Assembly (NCBI RefSeq): GCF_036321535.1 | Contig: NC_087438.1 | Coordinates: 9,240,001-9,304,000, forward strand | Length of the DNA stretch: 64,000 bases | Source of the DNA: Camelus dromedarius | Lineage: Eukaryota | Reading direction: 5' to 3' | Part shown: piece by piece, positions 27,193 to 41,497 of the stretch | Position numbering within the stretch: the stretch's first letter is position 1 | Layout of the letters: every line of letters begins with the position of its first letter | Notes under the pieces: model-generated | What the model was told of the DNA's origin: nothing | Database searches by the model: none | What the model saw: the letters and a program-made list of their open reading frames with translations, nothing else | Translations under genes and position numbers: made by a program

Positions 27193-28705
27193 ATGTAAAA
27201 TCATTAAGTTTGCTTGGTATACACCATCCTCTGTGGCCTGACCCCATCTCTCTTATCTCAGGTGTTGTCCCTCTTCCACTCACATTCCTTGTTGGAAATG
27301 GGACTGGCTGTACTTCTGAAAGGCATTCTTCTATTGCTATTTATATTTGTTATTCCCATTGTCTAAAGTTAAATTCTTCCCTTACCTACATGGCTAACTC
27401 TTCTGCGCCTGGGAAAACAAAAACTTTTTCAAGAAAAAAATAAAAATTCTTGATCACCTACTTACATAATATAAATAAAGGATTCTTAGTATTTAACATA
27501 AGAAAAACTTACAGTCAGTACTTCATATATGGGACATACTGGAAATTTGTGTCTCTATTTAAAACAGCATACTAAGACCCAGGCACCATTTATGCAAATG
27601 ACTATTTCCTATAAACACCGTGGTAAAAAATCTGGAACTTCAAAACATATAAAAATTATGAGCGTCCAGACAATATAAAAACTGAATTTATCCATACAGA
27701 AAAAACAAAAACAGGCTGGCTTAAGACTTGTTTTTGGCACATTAAGGAAAAAAATGTGTGTGTGTGTGTGTATACACATTCTTAAATATATGCTTGAGTT
27801 TAATATGGTACCAGCAAAATGATGCTATCTATTAAGTTATGCTGAGATAATTATTTAACCATATGGGAATCATAAATAAAAGCTTTACTTACATCAAACA
27901 CCAGAAAAAATAACTGTATTTAATTTTAAAATCTAACAAGATTTATAAAAGAAATAAAATCTTACAAAAAAGAAAGACACAAATGAATATGAGCATACAT
28001 TTAGAGGAAAGGATTCTTCCAATAATCACATGCAAAATGTAAAAGAGAAAATGTTGATGAGTTTGACCAATAAAAATGAATGACATTTACATCATAAAAA
28101 TAAACAATATTAAGAGGCAAATTACAAATTAAAGGAAAAATGTACAATACGTGAAGAAATGTGTTGATATATTTAATGTCTAGAGAACCATTTACAAATC
28201 ATTAAAAGAACAACATCTTGCAATGTAAAATTGGACACAGTTTACATAAAAATGTGTTACATAAATAAAAGCTTGATTTCAGTGAGAATAAGAAAATTAT
28301 ACCAGATTTTATTTCCCATAACACTCACCATAGTATTGTAACTGATATCAATAAAACATTTCTAGTTGTTCCCCATGCCAGTGGCTTTGATGTCAGTCTT
28401 CACTGATCTAACATTTACCTAAATTTGTTTCCACTTGCTCAATAAAGTCTGTGGTCTTAGAACTCAAGTAGATAAATCAAAACAACAGCATTCATAACAT
28501 AGTATGCCCAAATTTAATTTGGAATTTTTATTAACCGCTTTATCTTTCATAACTATTGAACAAAGTGTGTCTCTATAGGCACAAGCTACATAATTTTCAA
28601 AATCCTAGCAGAAAATAAGTGAAATAAAGTTGCTACGAATTTAAAGGTGGTTAATAGCAACATGAAACATGTTTTTATTTAAAAAGTATTTAAATCTTAG
28701 TCATT

Positions 28706-29175
28706 TATAGTAGGCCAAGTAATATCCACCAAAGATATTCTCGTCCTGATCCCAGAATCTGTGAATATGTTACCTTATAGGACAAAAAGATGTGATTACG
28801 GACTTTAAGATTAGATGGTGCTGGATTAACCAAGTGGGTCCAAAGAAATCACAAGGTCCTCATAAGAGGAATGAAGGAGGATCACAGTCAAGAGAATATA
28901 TGAGGATGTTGACAGACGTTGTAAATGAGAGAAGATGCTACACTATCGGTTTTGAACAGGGGGGAAGGGGCCACGAGCTGAAGGCCTCTAAAAACTGGAA
29001 AGGGCAAAAGCATGAGATTCACATGGAGCCTCCAGAAGGAGCCAGGCTTGTCAACGCCTTCATGTCAGTCTAGTAAGGATGATTCTAGACTTCTGACTTC
29101 AGAACTGTAACATAAACTGCGTTGTTTTAAGCCACTAAAATGCGATTTGTTAGAGCAGCATTTGAGACTATTACA
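28706..29175 (+). mobile_element. MLT1D solo LTR
   Basis: tgtgaatatgttacctta, gagcctccagaagga, gttgttttaagccactaa. Confidence 0.85.
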
Positions 29176-29334
29176 AGGTAATCTTTTAACTTTGAAATCA
29201 GAGAGGCTAACTGCAAAATCAGACACATGATTTTAAATAGAAGTTGTCTTGGATGTGGGAAACTCTTTACAAAGATGGTTCTTGGTCTTTTCATTTCAGA
29301 CCTTAAATGTAAAATTTACAAGAAGAAAGATAAA

Positions 29335-30570
29335 TAAACTGAAAATCTGAATTTCCTTAGATCTATCAGAGAAATGAGGAAACAGGGCTGGCTGCCACCT
29401 GTAATTCAGAGAGGGAGGCAGACACCAAGAATGACAGCTAAGATCAGCTTACCGGGAGTAGAAACTGCTAGAGCAAGTAGCTGAAATACGTGAAGGCAAT
29501 TTTGATGAACTGCTGGTGGCTGAGAGCGGACTGCTCTGGGAGTTAAGAACTCCTGGGGTCTCTGCCCTGTGAGGTCCCCATACGATCATGGCTTTTACCT
29601 ACAAGAGCCCCACTGAGTTCTGACAGTGAAGATGGGAGAAAAATTCCCCTCAGGTTTCAGGCAAGGTAAGGGAAAAGTAACCAGTTTGAAATATTCCCAG
29701 AGTGTTCTTCATAACAAAGGTCTGTCTTACAATGGAAGCTGCTTTACCAGAGCCTCACTAGACCACAGGGAGGGGCAGTCAAACAGCTCCTGCCCCTCTG
29801 GACTTCTGTCCCATATGGGGAAAAAACTCAAAGAAACACTTCCCTCGGTCACATCCCCAGGACTCAGGGCCCCTAAAGAAAAGAAAACTAAATTCAACCA
29901 TATATGCTTCCACCTCAGGAAACCACAGAATGAAAAGCAACATAAAGGTAAAGTAAATAGAAGAAATAAAATGTTAAAATAAGAGCATAAATCAACACAA
30001 TTGAAAACAGAGAGCAGTTGAGAAAAATCAATAAAATCAAAACTAGTTTTTTGCAAAGATCAGTGGTGTTTATAAACCTACAGCTAGGATAACCAAGGAA
30101 AAAAAGAAGACACAGATTACTAACTCCAAAACTGAAGACTGTCAGTAATGATCCCGTGGATGTTAAAGGGATAACAGGAGAAGATTATGAAAATCTCCAT
30201 GGTTACAGATCTGATAACGTCGGTGAAATGGACCAATTCCTTAAAAGACACAAACCTACCAAAATGTACAAGGAGATAAACATAAATTATTCTCTACGAT
30301 ACTGTAACAATGGATACATGATGTTACACATTTGTCAATATTCATAGCTGTACAACCCAAAAAGGAGACTTTGTGTAATCTGTGAACTTTAGCTAATGAT
30401 AACATATCAATATTGATTCATTAATTATTAACAAATAAACTACAGAAATGCAAGATGTTAATAATAGCTGAAACCGTGTGCCCTGGGTGATACATGGGAA
30501 CTTTCTGTACTGTCAGCTCAAGGCTCAAATATTATGTGAATACAAAACTTTAGACTTAGAATAGTGCCTT
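29335..30570 (+). mobile_element. L1MC-type relic: 5'UTR piece, ORF2 piece and 3'UTR piece, collinear
   Basis: 5'UTR-like ~29335-29880, ORF2-like ~29890-30285 (tgaaatggaccaattcctt), L1MC 3'UTR ~30290-30570 (atgcaagatgttaataatag). Confidence 0.7.
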
Positions 30571-32290
30571 AATTAAAAATATGTACATTTCTGGATCCCT
30601 TTAAATTTGCCTTTTATTGTAAAAAAAAAAAATAGAACTGATCAGTTACTTGGTGGTATCAATGCCCAAATTTTGGTGGCAGAAAACTTTCTCTCATTTT
30701 AATGCACATGTAAACCCCATTCAATTTATGTCTTTTTAAAAATCTTATTAGTTATTAAATTTTTTGGATTTATTTTTTTTACTGCTTCTACTGCCTGTTT
30801 TTCAATTTTTATTCTTGGAATGTAAAATCATAGCCTTTTTGCAACAGGAACACTTTTTCTCAGTGGATTACACTGTAATGTAATTCTGGCTACTACTTAG
30901 TAGAAAAAAAAAATCAAAGGAAATGAACCTAAATACTAATTGCAGAAATGCATTTGGTGAGTGTGATTGGCTTGATTTGTGACAACAAGTACATTGCTTA
31001 AGCTCACTGAACTTAATTCGAACCATATCTACAGACCCCACTTTTTCCATCAGTTGTGCTGAGCTGAAGCATCTGACCAGAGTTCTAAACAAGGCATTGT
31101 CTTTTAGAGAGGAAGGCATTCTCCTCAGCCCTCAGGGAATTATCTTTTGAAGTGGATGTGGCAACAGCACTGAGGTAAAGAATTGTATGGAGGAAATGAG
31201 ACCACGTTGGGAAAAATGGAAAGAGAAAAACATTCTCCAGACAAAGCAGCAAGAACCATATCACAGTTGGGATTAAACAGAGACTTGTGGTGCCAGATTT
31301 CTTTGGATCTGTTTAGGTTTTTTTTTTTTCTTTACATATAGGTGTCAATAAGAAAATTAATCTTAATTAAAGGACTTTAGCAATAAATATTGTTACACCC
31401 CAAAATGTGGAAATTTAGCTATTGTTTAAAAGTACAAAACCAAGGATCCATTGGCAAATGAACAGAGACTGAATGCAGATGTGCAGTTAACATGCCATGT
31501 CCGCTGAAACTCTCCCAAGTGCGCTGGGTGCCCAAGGGTGATGCGCTATAAATGTGTAGGCAGCATTTACTTTCAATGTAAATGCAATCTTAAAACTTTT
31601 AACAACACACTTATGCCACTTATTTTTGTTTTTTAAAAAATCCCACCTGGGGGGTCCTTCAAGCAAACAGCACACATCCAGGTACAGCTCTCATTTTCTT
31701 CATTTCATTCAAGAAAAGGAAAGCAGAAGCTCGTTTATCAGCCTCCACACTAGGACTGGCAAGCATCTAACTGCGGACTTCTGATTCATGGAACCAGCGA
31801 CTTAACCAAAGATTTCTCATTAGACTGTCTCCAGAGACTAAAGGTGAGCAGCCCTATGGATGCTAGCGAGATTAAAACATAAAATAGTAAACTTAGGCAT
31901 ATGACATTCAAACTACAATAAGTAAAAAATAACAGCAACAACAAAAAAGTCTTGCCAGCAGGAGAAGCACTGGCGTTTAGTGTCTCCGTCTTTCTGAGCT
32001 ATCACCAGCCTCTTCTAGGCAGCAGTGAAAAAAGCCATCGTGCATCATCTTAGTCCAGAAGCGGTGGAAGTGGCCACAGCCTACTGGAGTCTGGTCGGGA
32101 GGGGCTGGCATGATGGGACTGACTGGTTCCCCTCTCAGGTGGGCACAGTGGAGGCCAAGCCAGAGTCCAACTTACAGGAGGCTGAGATTTTTGTCAGTAT
32201 TAGCACTGCAGATCAGAGGGTGGTTTAGCTTTACTTTGAGCAAGTATCTGATGGCCCAGAGGAAGTAAGATCCAAATAAATATGAAGAGC

Positions 32291-32367
32291 TGGAGAATGT
32301 CATTCTAAGTGAAGTAAGCCAGGAAGAGAAAGAAAAATACCATATGAGATCGCTCATATGTGGAATC

Positions 32368-32398
<31 letters not shown>

Positions 32399-32701
32399 GC
32401 ATAAATACAAAACAGAAACAGACTCATGGACATAGAATACAAACTTGTGGTTGCCAAGGGGGAAGAGGGTGGGAAGGGACAGACTGGGAGTTCAAAATCT
32501 GTAGATACTGACAGGCATATGCAGAATAGATAAACAAGATTATACTATATAGCACAGGGAAATATGTGGTAGCTCACAGCAAAAAAAAAAAAGTGACAAT
32601 GAGTATATGTATGTTCATGTATAACTGAAAAATTGTGCTCTACACTGGAATCTGACACAACACTGTAGAATGACTATAACTCAATAAAAATAAAAGTTAA
32701 A
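32291..32701 (+). mobile_element. Young L1 3' end, 5'-truncated
   Basis: ORF2 end LENVILSEVSQ plus 3'UTR; TSD aaatatgaagagc (32278-32290) / aaatataaagagc (32702-32714). Confidence 0.92.
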
Positions 32702-33589
32702 AAATATAAAGAGCATATAAACTTAATTAAATAAAAGTAATTGCCCAGGGTTGTCATGATAATAGGTGGGGAAAAATGCAGAATATAATAAATAATGTTT
32801 GGTGCACAGCAGTATTAGGGTTACACCCTCATAGGGATATAAATGTACTGCCTGCCTTTATCTTTTTTTCAAAATAAACCAATAGCAAGAGTTCGGATGA
32901 CTTGGTCATAGCTCAGTAACGATAAAATGATCATATTAAAAGCATTGTTGGAAGAACAAAAGGTGAGGATGCTGGGAATGCATTGCAGAAAGTAATGCCA
33001 TATCAGCAAACCTAAATGAATTATATAGGGTTTGGGTATGATTTGTAGGGAGTAGAAATGCCATAAATTTCTCATTATTCCTAGTGAGGAGTCATTTTAT
33101 GCTGCTTAAAATCGTCAGTGTAATTTAAAACACAGGTATATCATCAAAAAATAGGAGCTAAATTTGAGGAAGGGACAGGGAAAGGAAACACAGCTTTGAA
33201 TATTTTTACTTTTTATTTACAACTATTCTTTACTAATGGATTATTACTGTTGGGGGAATATAATTAAAAACAAAATCTTGTGCCAACTCAGAAAATCTCT
33301 CCACAAAAGAAGAGAACAAAAAATTTTTATTATTGAATAACCATTATGCAGAATGTGATGCAAGTCACAGGCAGTTTCCTGAAGATCACAAAGACGGAAA
33401 GAAATCTCCCCCTCTTATGCAGCCAGGTAGGGAAATCATTACATGCTGTCAATATAAATACTAATTCTCTGCAAGTAAGAGAGGACTTGACAGCATCATT
33501 TGTCACACATTGTTCATTCTAAATTCATCTGGTAATTTGCTGGTCATTTGTGTTTGCTAATTACCTTTACCCAGAGGAAAACATAAACA

Positions 33590-33591
<2 letters not shown>

Positions 33592-33643
<52 letters not shown>

Positions 33644-34096
33644 GACACATATATATATACATATATACACATATAGGTATGTATATATACATATACATAT
33701 ATATTATTGAAGTATGGTCAGTTTACAATGTTGTGTCAGTTTCCGGTGTACAGCATAAGCTTCAGTCATACATGAACATGAGCATACATATATTCATTTT
33801 CATATTCTTTTTCACCGTAAGTTACTACAAGGTATTGAATTTAGTTCCCTGTGCTATAGAGTATGAACTTGGTGTTTATCTAATTTATATATAGTAGTTA
33901 GTATCTGCAAATCTCGAACTCACAATTTACCCCTTCCCACCCTCTTCGCTTCTGGTAACCATGTTTGTTTTCTCTGTGAATCTGTTTCTGTTTTGTAAAT
34001 GAGTTTGTTTGTTTGTTTTTTTAAGATTCCACATATAAGTGATATCATATGGTATTTTTCCTTGTCTTTCTGGCTTACTTCACTTAGTATGACAAT
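33592..34096 (-). mobile_element. L1 3' end (~33705-34096) whose tail adjoins a (TG)n/(TA)n microsatellite (33592-33704)
   Basis: Antisense 3'UTR and ORF2 end (ctggcttacttcacttagtatgaca). Confidence 0.9.
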
Positions 34097-34373
34097 TTAA
34101 TCAATTTATGAAGGTTTGTAGCTTTGCAACTTGGAGTTAGGCACCCAGAAGTTAGGCTTTTACCGTCCTATGGAAACTTAAGAAAGAGATGCTTCTTCCC
34201 CTCATTTCAAAGAGATGGCCTTTGGGTCTTTGGGGGAAAAAATTCTAGAGTTATAAAACTGTCAATGCTTTTTTTAACTTTTAAAAAGTTTTGCATACAT
34301 CTCAAAGTGGCAGAGAAAGAATATACAATTACAAGTTTTCTAAAGTAAATGCTTTAAGAATAAGGAGAGATCC

Positions 34374-34545
34374 CTGTATAGCACAGGGAAATATACACAA
34401 AATGTTATGATAACTCACAGAGAAAAAAATGTGACAATGAGTGTGTATATGTCCATGAATAACTGAAAAATTGTGCTGAACACTAGAATTTGACACAACA
34501 TTGTAAAATGATTATAAATCAATAAAAAATGTTAAAAAAAAAAAA
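34374..34545 (+). mobile_element. Young L1 3' tip (172 bp)
   Basis: Perfect 18-bp TSD aagaataaggagagatcc (34356-34373, 34546-34563), TT/AAGA endonuclease site, poly(A). Confidence 0.95.
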
Positions 34546-35011
34546 AAGAATAAGGAGAGATCCTTTTCTTCCTTCAGGAATATTCTTTTCCTCACTTGAG
34601 ATTTGTATCCATCCTATGTTATTGACATTGTCTTTTTTATAGTAAAATATAACATAATAAGGTTTAATGTTGATTGCAGATATAAGTGGGATTTGAGGAA
34701 GGATACAAACATTGTTTTAAATGTCATCATCCTTGCATGGGACCAAAGATATATTTACATAGAAATGCAAACATTCCGTTTACAATCAACAAACCTGATC
34801 CTTGTAATTGACCTTATTTTGTATTGGGCTACTGTGGCATGATATTTTTCAGAAAGTGACTCAAACCAAATTTCAGTATATCTGACCTTCATTTTTGTGA
34901 ATTAAAAAATAAATAATTATTCTCCCAAGTTCAGCAGTATTAGGTGGAAGCTTAGCCAACAGAAAGAAAAAGTAAAAAGGATCAAAAAATAAACAAACAG
35001 CCCATACTCAC

Positions 35012-35191
35012 TTTTGCTTGTTTTCTATTTCTTGTATAACTTCCGTACAACTAACTGTATGAATCAAGCCTACAATTATTCAAGTCCATGATGTTTTAGG
35101 ATCTTTTCAAGCCACCAATATTTGAAGACCTTTAAGGTTATTTATTTTTTCATTATGTGTATTTATCTGAAGCGTTCTTTATAGAGGTGTC
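35012..35191 (-). pseudogene. Candidate pseudo-exon (180 bp, phase 2-2)
   Basis: Acceptor cttgcttcttccaag|, donor AAA|GTGAGT; reads xTPL*RTLQINTHNEKINNLKGLQILVA*KDPKTSWT*IIVGLIHTVSCTEVIQEIENKQ. Confidence 0.5.
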
Positions 35192-36179
35192 CTTGGAAGA
35201 AGCAAGTTTATTACAAATCAATATCTGATGTGTAAAGTGAAGCCTCAAATTTCTGACTCTTATTGGACTGTATTCTTTCTGTGTGACCTCAATATTTATG
35301 ACATGTCTTCCCAATTAACTGACATGGACCAGGTGACCTGGGATATGGGTCCCTACATCTAGAGGCACATCCTTGTCTCTCACCTCCCATGAATAATTAT
35401 CATTGACATAAATTTCGAACCATCATAAATGTATCTACCAAACATGGTCAAAAGTCCAAAAGTCCTATGGCTTTTATGCATGTTCTAACAACAAACTCTT
35501 CCTGCTTTTTTGTAGAGGTTATATTTTAACAGGTTGATAAATTACCTGCCACAAATCCATAGAATATTAAGAATGGAGAACTATGTTAATATCTAAGTTG
35601 GTATCTTGGCATCTCTTCTTTTTCTTGGACTTTAGATTTTAAAAATCTATGCTGACATTATATTTGATTATTTTAAGGAAGTAGAAGGTGAAGATTCAGT
35701 TTAGACATTTTTCTATTGTACAGATGTCACCTGGAGATTTTTAGTAAAATGTCCTGCCCAGAAGGGGAGAATAAATTATAATAGTCAATATTTAATCCAA
35801 GACTTTCCATAACAATATGTTTCCTTACTATTGAAGTTACATTTGCGTTTAATATTTACATCACTTGGTTTGAAATGGGAAAGGTCTGAGATGTGAACAA
35901 GTTTGCTATTTATTTAAAAGTGTGATTTTTTTTTCTTTTCTCACTTACTGATGGGACAATTATCCATATGCATTCACTCTGTCAGGCACTTGTCCTTTCC
36001 AATGAATCAGAGGAAAATGTATCAATTTCATCTTCTTGTTCTTTCATAAGTTTGCTTATAAAAGTCAAACCTGAAAATATTACTTGGGATTTAACTTTGG
36101 TTTTCTTAATTTCTGTAACAAAGTATTTGTATTTCAATTATGCAGGGTCCTACTTTCACTTTGAAAGGAAAAAAACTGG

Positions 36180-37570
36180 AAAAAGGCATTGCTCGCACCC
36201 TGACAACAGAAAAATCCAGATAATCTAAATAATCATCATTTTCCTTAAGCCAGCAAGAGCCAATTTCAAATTGCCTCCGGTTTAAGTAAAGAAAGGTCTT
36301 TGCAAAGAGAAACCAATGCAGTCTTAGCTCAGCTCCCAGAGACCACAGTAGGAACCAGCGTCTCTAACCATGTAAACAGGTAGGAACTCAGGAAGAACCT
36401 TTAACAAACTTTCAAAAGCTGAATATCAGCAAATGTGAAATAACCTACCACAGAGCCCAGCTCCCAGAGGACCATTATGACAGTGTGTCCACAGGAAAGC
36501 ACCCCCTTCTTGACCCCAGTGTGTTCCAGGAAATGGCTAGCTACAGAATGAACTTCGTTCCTAATACTGAACAGTCCTTCACCATTTAAAATGTCCTGAA
36601 ACTTACTGGCCCCATTACACCCAGCCTAGAACCAATTATAAAGTCTCGACAGCTTGCAAAATCCTCGCCATAACAGAATGTTTGCCAGCCAGAGCTTGTC
36701 TTGGTATACCCTCTTTTCTTCCCCTCTAAGACTTAACATTACTTCATAACATATTTGTAACTTTGAAATGAAAGTAACTGCAGACAGTTTTTTTTTTTTT
36801 TTATGTTAGTTTATGGATAAGCAGACTTTGTCCCAGACTTTTTTCTCTGAGAATGTAGAACCCCCTGGGAACTGCAGATGTAAGAAGACGTTAGTCCTAT
36901 TTAAGGGCTCTTTTCCATACACCTGAACAGGATGCTTAAGAGAGAAAGAGAAGGGCAGAGAGTGACACCAGGGAAGACCTCCCTCATTGTGCAGGCAGAG
37001 AGAGAAGGACCGTGACTACCAGCGCAGGGAATGCCGGAGTCCACCTGGGCACCTCTCCACTACAGAAAGACTTATGTCATGGAGGAGAAGTAATAGGATC
37101 GGTCACCCCAGCACACAGATGAAGATGCATTCTGGCTGGGAAAATAGACAAAAATTCTTTTATGCATAAGGGAGGGACAAGAGATAATCCTGAGCCAATG
37201 AGGCTTAGTGGATACTCTGAGAGCATTGTATGTTCCATAGCCCTAGGAGAGCAATAGCAAACTCTATGGGAATAAAACCTATCAGGGACATGAGACAGAG
37301 TACGGCTGCCACAGAAAAAGTGAAAATCATGGAGAAAACTTAGGAGTTGGACCCATAGATACAGGACATGCCCTTCCCAACCCCCTAAGGTGGGAATTAC
37401 CAAGTAACAAACAACAACACTCTCCCACTGAAGAATGACAGTGTGACTTGAGCTTCCTTTTGATCTAGGTGTGCAAGGAAGGCCAGTCACTGAAGGTGGA
37501 GCAGGAGGATTGAGAAATATCCTCTAGTACTTCCAGTTGCCACACTCAGCACAAGGAGAATCTGAGGAAA
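36180..37570 (+). mobile_element. L1M 5'UTR-like relic, possibly with an LTR inserted at ~36478-36930
   Basis: agataatctaaataatcatcattttccttaagcc motif of old L1M 5' ends; GC-richer block. Confidence 0.45.
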
Positions 37571-38679
37571 ATTGCTACATGTTTAAGTTCATTTACTCTT
37601 AAAAATCAATTAACTTACATTTTCACATACTTAATTTTATTATTTTCAATGACGTGATAAAGACTTATTTCTGTTGACATATTATGAATAACTTTATTCA
37701 ATATATTAAGCGATCCATACCTATGTAGATCATTGGAAAAGAGAGTATAAAAATATACACATAAGTTAAAATATATAAATCACATAATACTAATATAAAC
37801 TGATTATATGTTAGAAATTGTTATTTTAGTTGATAAAATAGCCTTCTCAAGACTTAATCCATGATTATGGGAATGCTGCACTGTAAATTATTTTTCCATG
37901 ATTGACAAAAAAATATGCAATTAATGAACTTTTAAGATTATCACAGTTAATATTTTAAAATTAGCTTCCTATCTGCTTAAAATCCTGTCAGATGACATCA
38001 ACGTCCTTTAAATAAATCTATAAAAATAGAATGTTTATAATCATTACTATACATTAAAATATATGCTTAGAAAAAGTCTATAAAATTACTTTTTTTTAGG
38101 TGCTACATGTTGGTATTCTATTTTGTATTTTTGTGTCAGGCTGTCTGTGCTAATGTTAAAAGTAAGTCTTGAGTAAATATGATAACACAACTACATAGTT
38201 ATAATGCTATTATGATGCCTTAGATGTTAGTAAAAAACATCCTATCTCAGTCCATATGTAAGGAAATAGCAGAAGCTAGTTCATTTTTGCATGAAATATA
38301 ATGGATCTCTTTTTCAGAATGACACACTTTCATGTTCTTTATTTAAATTGGAAAAGTAGGTCTAGGACTCAGTCTGATGCCAGGACATATAGCTAAATTT
38401 ATTCTTTTTTTAATATAAAAAGCTCTTAGCTCAATGGGCAACATGTTTCTGTTTACTTGAGTTAACCAGGAAAAAGATGTATCATGTTGCAGATACTTGG
38501 AAATACTCTGCTTCCACCAGCAAGGCAAACAGGTGAAGGGAAGTATATGCAGTTATATTTATCATACTTACCAATTACAAAACTTTTTATTCTACTCCAC
38601 CAGTATTTTATTTAAAACATTTCAATATGCAGCTGTTTACATGGATGCTGCTAAATTTTCTAGTTTTCAAATTACTCAC

Positions 38680-38760
38680 AAAACTAAGTGAATGGGTGAA
38701 ACTTTCCTTTTTCACCCTTTTCAAGTTCTTTCAATTTAAATATATGAGAAGAAAAAAAAT
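38680..38760 (-). pseudogene. Candidate pseudo-exon (81 bp)
   Basis: Acceptor tgcctcttgcctcag|, donor TTT|GTGAGT; reads xFFSSHIFKLKELEKGEKGKFHPFT*F, with a possible frameshift to ...VSPIHLV. Confidence 0.5.
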
Positions 38761-39342
38761 CTGAGGCAAGAGGCATAGGTTAACCGTATTTTTTTTCCTA
38801 AGGAGAGCAGGAATCTAAAGGACTTTTGTTTCACATGTTAGGCATCTCTCCAATGATTGCATTTTCTATAATAAGGATGTATTCTTTTTAGTTTAGAAAA
38901 ACCAATACAATTATGAAAAATAGTATTAACTAATTGTAAAAAGAGAGAAGAAAATAATAAGGTGAGTATTGTATTTGCCTTATAATCAATATTCAAAAGC
39001 TTTGATATAAAAAAACTGTCCATAACGTTTTACTAGTCAAAATCTAGTCAAAATTTTCACACTTGAGAGTGGTTTCTATCGCCTACTTGTTAGTCACCCA
39101 TTTGTCATCTGAGTAGTTTTGTAGAGGTGACTTTTTGCAAAAGTAACCCATTCCACTGTTACGTCTCCTTGTTTTAAAGGTATTTTCTTTGTTTTGCAGG
39201 AAACTCCTATTATTATTGTTCTTAATTTAAGTTTTTTTTTTCCTATGACTAAACTTCAAGTTCATAAAGACACATATGGCAAAATTCATAAACATCTTTC
39301 TTTTCTGAAGACTTTTTTTTAAATTTCCATGATCAATTTCTT

Positions 39343-41497
39343 TTTTTTAACATTTTTTATTGATTTATAATCATTTTACAATGTTGTGTCAAATTCTAGT
39401 GTTCAGCACAATTTTTCAGTTATACATGGACATATACACACTCATTATCACATTTTTTCCACTGTGATTCCCTGTGCTATACAGTATAATCTTGTTTATC
39501 TGTTCTACAATTTTGAAATCCCAGTCTATCCCTTCCCACCCTCCTCCCCCCTGGCAACCACAAGTCTGTATTCTAAATCTATGAGTCTATTTCTGTCCTG
39601 TATTTACAGTTTTGTTTTTTGTTTGTTTGTTTGTTTGTTTGTTTTTGTTTTTTAGATTCCATATATGAGCGATCTCATATGGTATTTTTCTTTCTCCTTC
39701 TGGCTTACTTCACTTAGAATGACATTCTCCAAGAGCATCCATGTTGCTGCAAATGGTTTTATGTTGTCGGTTTTTATGGCTGAGTAGTATTCCATTGTAT
39801 AAATATACCACCTCTTCTTTATCCAGTCATCTGTTGATGGACATTTAGGCTGTTTCCATGTTTTGGCTATTGTAAATAGTGCTGCTATGAACACTGGGGT
39901 GCAGGTGTCATTCTGAAATAGGGTTCCTTCTGGATATAAGCCCAGGAGTGGGATTCCTGGGTCATATGGTAAGTCTATTCCTAGTCTTTGAGGAATCTCC
40001 ACACTGTTTTCCATAGTGGCTGCACCAAACTGCATTCCCACCAGCAGTGTAGGAGGGTTCCCCTTTCTCCACAGCCTCTCCAGCATTTGTCATTTGTGGA
40101 TTTTTGAATGACTGCCATTCTGACTGGGTGAGGTGATACCTCATTGTAGTTTTGATTTGCATTTCTCTGATAATTAGTGATGTAGAGCATTTTTTCATGT
40201 GCCTATTGATCATTTGTATGTCTTCCTTGGAGAATTGCTTGTTTAGGTCTTCTGCCCATTTTTGGATTGGGTTGTTTATTTTTTTCTTATAAAGTTGTAT
40301 GAGCTGCTTATATATTCTGGAGATTAGCCTTTGTTGGTTTCATTTGCAAAAATTTTCTCCCATTCTGTAGGTTGTCTTTTTGTTTTACTTATGGTTTCCT
40401 TTGCTGTGCAGAAGCTTGTAAGTTTCATTAGGTCCCATTTGTTTATTCTTGCTTTTATTTCTACCAGGAGAAAATTTTTGAGATGCATGTCAGATAATGC
40501 TTTGCCTATGTTTTCCTCTAGGAGGTTTCTTGTATCTTGTCTTATGTTTAAGTCTTTGATTCATTTTGAGTTGATTTTTGTATATGGTGTAAGGGAGTGT
40601 TCTAGCTTCATTGTTTTACATGCTGCTGTCCAGTTTTCCCAACACCATTTGCTGAAGACACTGTCTTTATTCCATTGTATATTCTTGCCTCCTTTTTTGA
40701 AGATTAGTTGACCAAAAGTTTTTGGGTTCATTTTTGGGCTCTCTATTCTGTTCCATTGGTCTGTATGTCTGTTTTTGTACCAGTACCATGCTATCTTGAT
40801 GACTGTAGCTCTATAGTATTGTCTGAAGTCTGCTTCCCACTAAAATCTGGGACAAGACAAGGATGCCCACTATCACCACTCCTATTCAACATAGTCCTGG
40901 AAGTCCTAGCCACAGCAATCAGGCAAGAGAGAGAAATAAAAAGGATCCAAATTGGAAAAGAAGAGGTAAAAGTGTCACTATATGCCGACGACATATTACT
41001 ATATATAGAAAACCCTAAAAGGTCCACACAAAAACTACTAGAGCTGATTGAAGAATTCAGCAAGGTAGCAGGTTACAAAATTAACGTTCAAAAATCAGTT
41101 TTATTTCTTTACACTAACGATGAATCAACAGAAAAAGAAAGTAAAGAAACAATCCCCTTTAAAATAGCACCCAAAGTAATAAAATACCTGGGAATAAATC
41201 TAACCAAGGAGGTGAAAGAATTATACACAGAAAACTATAAACCATTGATGAAGGAAATTAAAGAAGACTTAAAAAAATGGAAAGATATCGCATGCTCTCG
41301 GATTGGAAGAATCAATATTGTTAAAATGGTCACACTGCCCAAGGCAATCTACAGACTTAATGCAATCCCTATCAAATTACCCAGGACATATTTCACAGAA
41401 CTAGAACAACTCATAATAAAATTTATATGGAACCATCAAAGACCTAGAATTGCCAAAGCATTACTGAAGAGAAAGAAAGATGCTGGAGGAATAACTC
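39343..41497 (-). mobile_element. Young 5'-inverted L1 (twin priming), ~2.15 kb
   Basis: Antisense 3'UTR and ORF2 C-terminus to 40832, then sense RT segment 40833-41500 (QGCPLSP, YADD); perfect 18-bp TSD ttccatgatcaatttctt (39325-39342, 41498-41515). Confidence 0.97.

Larger units (their letters stand above)
33270..34590 (-). mobile_element. ERV1-class LTR (MER67/MER90-like) interrupted by two L1s
   Basis: Antisense gcatttactttagaaaacttgtaattgt..ttctttctctgcc..tttgagatgta motif; family name from memory. Confidence 0.5.
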
